Source of the DNA: Candidatus Heimdallarchaeota archaeon
GTDB lineage: Archaea; Asgardarchaeota; Heimdallarchaeia; Heimdallarchaeales; Heimdallarchaeaceae
Length of the DNA stretch: 64,000 nucleotides
NCBI GenBank assembly: GCA_023705985.1
Contig: BPTO01000001.1
Coordinates: 13,443-77,442, forward strand
Direction: 5' to 3'
Part shown: one piece after another, positions 60,856 through 64,000 of the stretch
How the letters are laid out: each line of letters starts with the position of its first letter
Numbering within the stretch: position 1 is the first letter of the stretch
The notes under the pieces: model-generated
Database searches by the model: none
What the model was told of the DNA's origin: nothing
What the model saw: the letters and a program-made list of their open reading frames with translations, nothing else
Position numbers and translations under genes: made by a program

Positions 60856-62316
60856 CTATTCTTTCTTTACTTTCTTTGAGATTATCCTTGTAAGCATTAA
60901 AGGAACTACCAATATTAGAAGAGTAAATGTGAAATATGTTTGCGTTTCATCTGTAGAATATTCAACAGGTTCATCAAGAGGGTAAAGATCGAATGAACAT
61001 GCAGAACCATCAATGGAATAATTACCTATCCCTGACCAATCTGACCAATAATTGCCCTCTTGTGTTTCAGTATCATACCATGTAGTATTAGTACCACCAT
61101 CATCTCTTGCTTGTGAAGTTCCTCCTAGATTATTGTCTACAAAGGTATTATGGTGAATGATGCTATTATCAGAACCAGACGAGGAGTAGACACCATATCC
61201 TTCATTTTCTTGTAGAAGATTATAAGTAACGACACAAAAAGTAGAAGACGCAAGAAAGATGCCCCACTTATTATTGTTTGTGCACGTGTTGTTGATGACA
61301 GTTGAACTCCCCGAATAGTGAAGCTTAATGCCTACCCAGTTGTTGTTACACGTGTTGTTTTCAACCTTCGCACTCTCCGAATAGTAAAACTTGATGCCTT
61401 GGTAGTAGTTGTTGTTACACGTGTTGTTAATAATAACTGAAGATGTACAGGAGTAGAGAGATAGACCAACTGAAGCGTAATTTAATATTTGGTCACATAC
61501 TGTCACACTATTACATTTGACTAATATTAATTGACCATAAATTGGTTCAGAAATAGTAGTGGAGTCAAGGTTAGTGTAAAAACCTAGTTTTTTACCATTA
61601 ACCCAATTATTCTCGATAGTATATGATAGGTAAGCATCAATGGTATGTTCATCTATATATAAACCACAATTAGTAAAAGTGTTGTTTGTCACAGTAGAAC
61701 TATCAGAATTGTAAAGTTTGATTCCATCCCAGTCGCTGTTGTTGCACGTGTTGTTGGTAACCGTCGAACTCCCAGAATGGCAAAGCTTGATGCCTTCTCC
61801 ATTATTGCTGTTACACGTGTTGTTGGTAACCGTCGAACTCCCAGAATAGGAAAGATAAATACCATCACCATTGTTGTTACACGTGTTGTTGGTAACCGTC
61901 GAACTCCCAGAATAGTAAAGCATGATGCCTTCCCAGTAGTTGTTGCTGCACGTATTATTAATGACTGTTGCTGTTCCATCAGTTACATTAAAGATACAAA
62001 TACCACTGTATTTTGCTTCAACATAACAGTTTCTAATAACGAAATATTTAGTTGTCATACTAATAAAAATACCATTGTCATCAGTTGTTGTAATGTTATA
62101 TCCTTCAATAATATAAGGTTCCTCAACAGTTCCTGAACCGGGAAAACCATAATCTGTGAAATTGCTATCAGAAGTAATGGAAATTGGATCATGAGGTGTC
62201 AACTCTAGTGAAGTAGGGTCATAATCATTCTCTTCAGCAGTTATTTGTACGTTGATATTCAATGTGTAGATTGCGAATGTCAGTATTAGTAGAACTAATG
62301 TTGCTTTCTTTTTCAT
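60856..62316 (-). CDS. secreted right-handed parallel beta-helix repeat surface protein with C-terminal TM anchor and basic tail
   Basis: Signal peptide MKKKATLVLLILTFAIYTL, then at least six 22-23-aa repeats (SGSSTVTNNTCNNN..GI.L.Y) typical of PbH1 repeats, many NxT sequons, and a C-terminus LLILVVPLMLTRIISKKVKKE. Confidence 0.7.
   Translation of the reverse strand: MKKKATLVLLILTFAIYTLNINVQITAEENDYDPTSLELTPHDPISITSDSNFTDYGFPGSGTVEEPYIIEGYNITTTDDNGIFISMTTKYFVIRNCYVEAKYSGICIFNVTDGTATVINNTCSNNYWEGIMLYYSGSSTVTNNTCNNNGDGIYLSYSGSSTVTNNTCNSNNGEGIKLCHSGSSTVTNNTCNNSDWDGIKLYNSDSSTVTNNTFTNCGLYIDEHTIDAYLSYTIENNWVNGKKLGFYTNLDSTTISEPIYGQLILVKCNSVTVCDQILNYASVGLSLYSCTSSVIINNTCNNNYYQGIKFYYSESAKVENNTCNNNWVGIKLHYSGSSTVINNTCTNNNKWGIFLASSTFCVVTYNLLQENEGYGVYSSSGSDNSIIHHNTFVDNNLGGTSQARDDGGTNTTWYDTETQEGNYWSDWSGIGNYSIDGSACSFDLYPLDEPVEYSTDETQTYFTFTLLILVVPLMLTRIISKKVKKE
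61270..61990. repeat. intragenic tandem repeats, period 66-69 nt (three near-identical units at about 61745, 61814, 61880)
   Basis: CACGTGTTGTTGGTAACCGTCGAACTCCCAGAATAG recurs with more than 90% identity. Confidence 0.8.
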
Positions 62317-62489
62317 AAAATCACACTTAATTATACTCTTTATCGGATATATATTTTGTGCAACAAATTCTTCCACTAATATTCCTAACTAGAATCTTTT
62401 TCTAGTTTACATACCAATTTGGGAATAATGAGGTAAACCCATCTGCACTAATATCTTCCTATCTTCAAAAAATCCAAAAAAGAATAACT

Positions 62490-62570
62490 CAAGGGGCTTC
62501 CCAATTCTTTTTCTTTCTTATTGAAAGATAGGTTTTCTCGGGGTTCCTGTATTCTTTAGGTGGTTTTTTT
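62490..62570 (-). repeat. copy D of 16S-trailer-derived repeat, inverted relative to copies A-C, ending in T9
   Basis: The reverse complement matches 58890..58975 at about 90%. Confidence 0.75.
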
Positions 62571-62909
62571 TATTTAGTTCTGTATTCATAACACCTTTGA
62601 TTAAATGAATCCATGAACAATATCTTTTTATCCACTGCAAAGAATGTATGTATGCGGAATTTGTTAATCCGTAGATTCTGTTAATCATGCCCTAACAGGT
62701 GTGAATGTTAGATTGATAATCTCAATCCAGTTTATGTTCTGTTGAAGAACGTAAATGTTATAAACAAATGATAAAAACTCAAATACGCGCAATCAGATTG
62801 TGCGATTTTATCACCTCCTGGATTGATTCAATCCTCTAGCTGTAAAAGCTAGATGTGCTGACAAGAACTCTCCAAGTAGGCGAAAATCTGATTTTCTCAA
62901 GATTAACCT

Positions 62910-64000
62910 CAATTATGCCTACGCCATGCAGTGGATGACTCGGCTAGGGAGCCGATGAAGGACGCGGTAAGCGGCGAAATGCTGCGGGGAGGCGCAAACA
63001 GCCAACGATCCGCAGGTATCCGAATCGGATTCCGGTTATAGTCTAATAAACTGTAACAACCAGTAATGGTGGGGAACGCAGGGAACCAAAACATTCAAGT
63101 ACCTGCAGGAAAAGAAAACAAAAGTGATTCCGTTAGTAACGGCGAGTAAAAGCGGAATAGGCCAAACCGAATTCCTCTTTCGAAAGATAGAGGTGGATGT
63201 GGTGTTTTGACTACAACATGGACCGTAAGCGCTAAGTCGAAGTTCTCTGGAAAGAGATATCATAGAGGGTAATAATCCCGTAGACGTAAACGCACGGCCT
63301 AGTAGTATCAAGATTAGTGTGGCTTGGATCTGTCGCACAAATCTGGGAGGACTAACTCCCAAGCCTAAATACTCCCCTAGACCGATAGCGCACTAGTAAC
63401 GCGAGTGAAAGTTGAAAAGTATTCGAAGTACGAGAGTGAAAAGTACCTGAAGTTGCATGGTAACAGACGTGGATGGCTTGAAAGGGTAGATTCTCACCGA
63501 AGGAACTCACCGTAAGGTGTTAGTACGAGGTGAGAGGACCAGAGTCATCCGTTCCGTCTCGAAACACGGGTCGAGGAGTTCAGGCTTGTGGCGAGCCTAA
63601 ATGTATATGGTGGCGTAGCGAAAGCGACCAGCGCGCAGCTTCGGCAAGGCGCGACGTCCGATAAGGGCGTGAAGTCACAGGTCTGAGACCCGAAAGCAGT
63701 TGATCTATCCCTGGATAAGATGAAGCGCTTCGAAAGGAGCGTGGAGGTCTGAAGGGTTACTAATATGCAATTTGTTCCTGTAATCTGGGGATAGTGGCAA
63801 AAGACCAATCTAAACTGCTGATAGCTGGTTCCCCCCGAAGTATAACCACAGTATAGCGTCGTTGGAGGTTGCATGTGAGGTAGAGCTACGGACGGGAGAA
63901 TCCGGGGAGTGAAATCCTCGATCTTCCTTCCAACTCCGAACTTGCATGCGCCGTAGAAGGCGACAGACGGGCGCGTATCCGCAAGGGATATGGCCGAAAG
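62910..64000 (+). rRNA. rrl: 23S ribosomal RNA, 5' portion (continues past window); start approximate
   Basis: Plus-strand blocks GCCGATGAAGGACGCGG, AGTAACGGCGAGTAAAAGCGGA and GAGTGAAAAGTACCTGAAG match conserved 23S domain I. Confidence 0.85.

Noticed and set aside
61689-62136. ORFs 61689..61979 (-) and 61777..62136 (+) inside the beta-helix gene
   Set aside because: They are alternative frames generated by the tandem nucleotide repeats. The long frame, with its signal peptide and PbH1 repeats, is the real gene.
62795-62815. ATCACCTCCT (anti-SD-like, 16S 3'-end-like) preceded by a 9-bp hairpin, about 100 nt upstream of the 23S start on the plus strand
   Set aside because: Only 9-10 nt match the 16S terminus, which is too short to call a 16S remnant. 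It is possibly part of the 23S leader and processing region. Noted only.
62909-63874. ORFs 62909..63094, 63036..63362 and 63545..63874 (-)
   Set aside because: They lie inside the 23S rRNA gene, on the strand opposite the rRNA.

Overview
This is an AT-rich (roughly one-third GC) archaeal chromosomal segment. The gene content points to an Asgard/Lokiarchaeota-like organism: a Rab/Ras-like small GTPase, a roadblock/LC7 protein next to a P-loop protein, and a tailed histone-fold protein sit among classical archaeal information-processing genes. These include an L39e-L31e-aIF6-LX-prefoldin-FtsY cluster, a P1-P0-L1 stalk cluster, L11-SecE-Spt5, L37e-Sm, S19e, Rpp21 and Nep1. Metabolic genes include ADP-forming acetyl-CoA synthetase, the two-subunit aconitase-X-type mevalonate-5-phosphate dehydratase, a form III RuBisCO with ribose-1,5-bisphosphate isomerase, GTP-dependent PEPCK, LipA/LipB and a bacterial-type PlsY. 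Nine tRNA genes are present. Four carry canonical 37/38 introns and two also carry non-canonical introns, and every one that was checked encodes its CCA tail. A 16S rRNA gene lies on the minus strand and a 23S rRNA gene starts on the plus strand 2.45 kb away, with a secreted beta-helix surface-protein gene between them. The accessory content is the most interesting part. A family of four repeats derived from the 16S 3' trailer brackets an islet that holds two divergently oriented HEPN-like proteins and an uncharacterised three-gene cassette. There is a tandem pair of 18-codon peptide mini-genes with conserved upstream flanks next to a membrane zinc-ribbon protein. Two paralogous giant membrane proteins are present. 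An orphan gamma-class N6-adenine methyltransferase sits between housekeeping genes. A serine recombinase is flanked by paralogous small proteins. A TPR gene is split by a single in-frame TAA.
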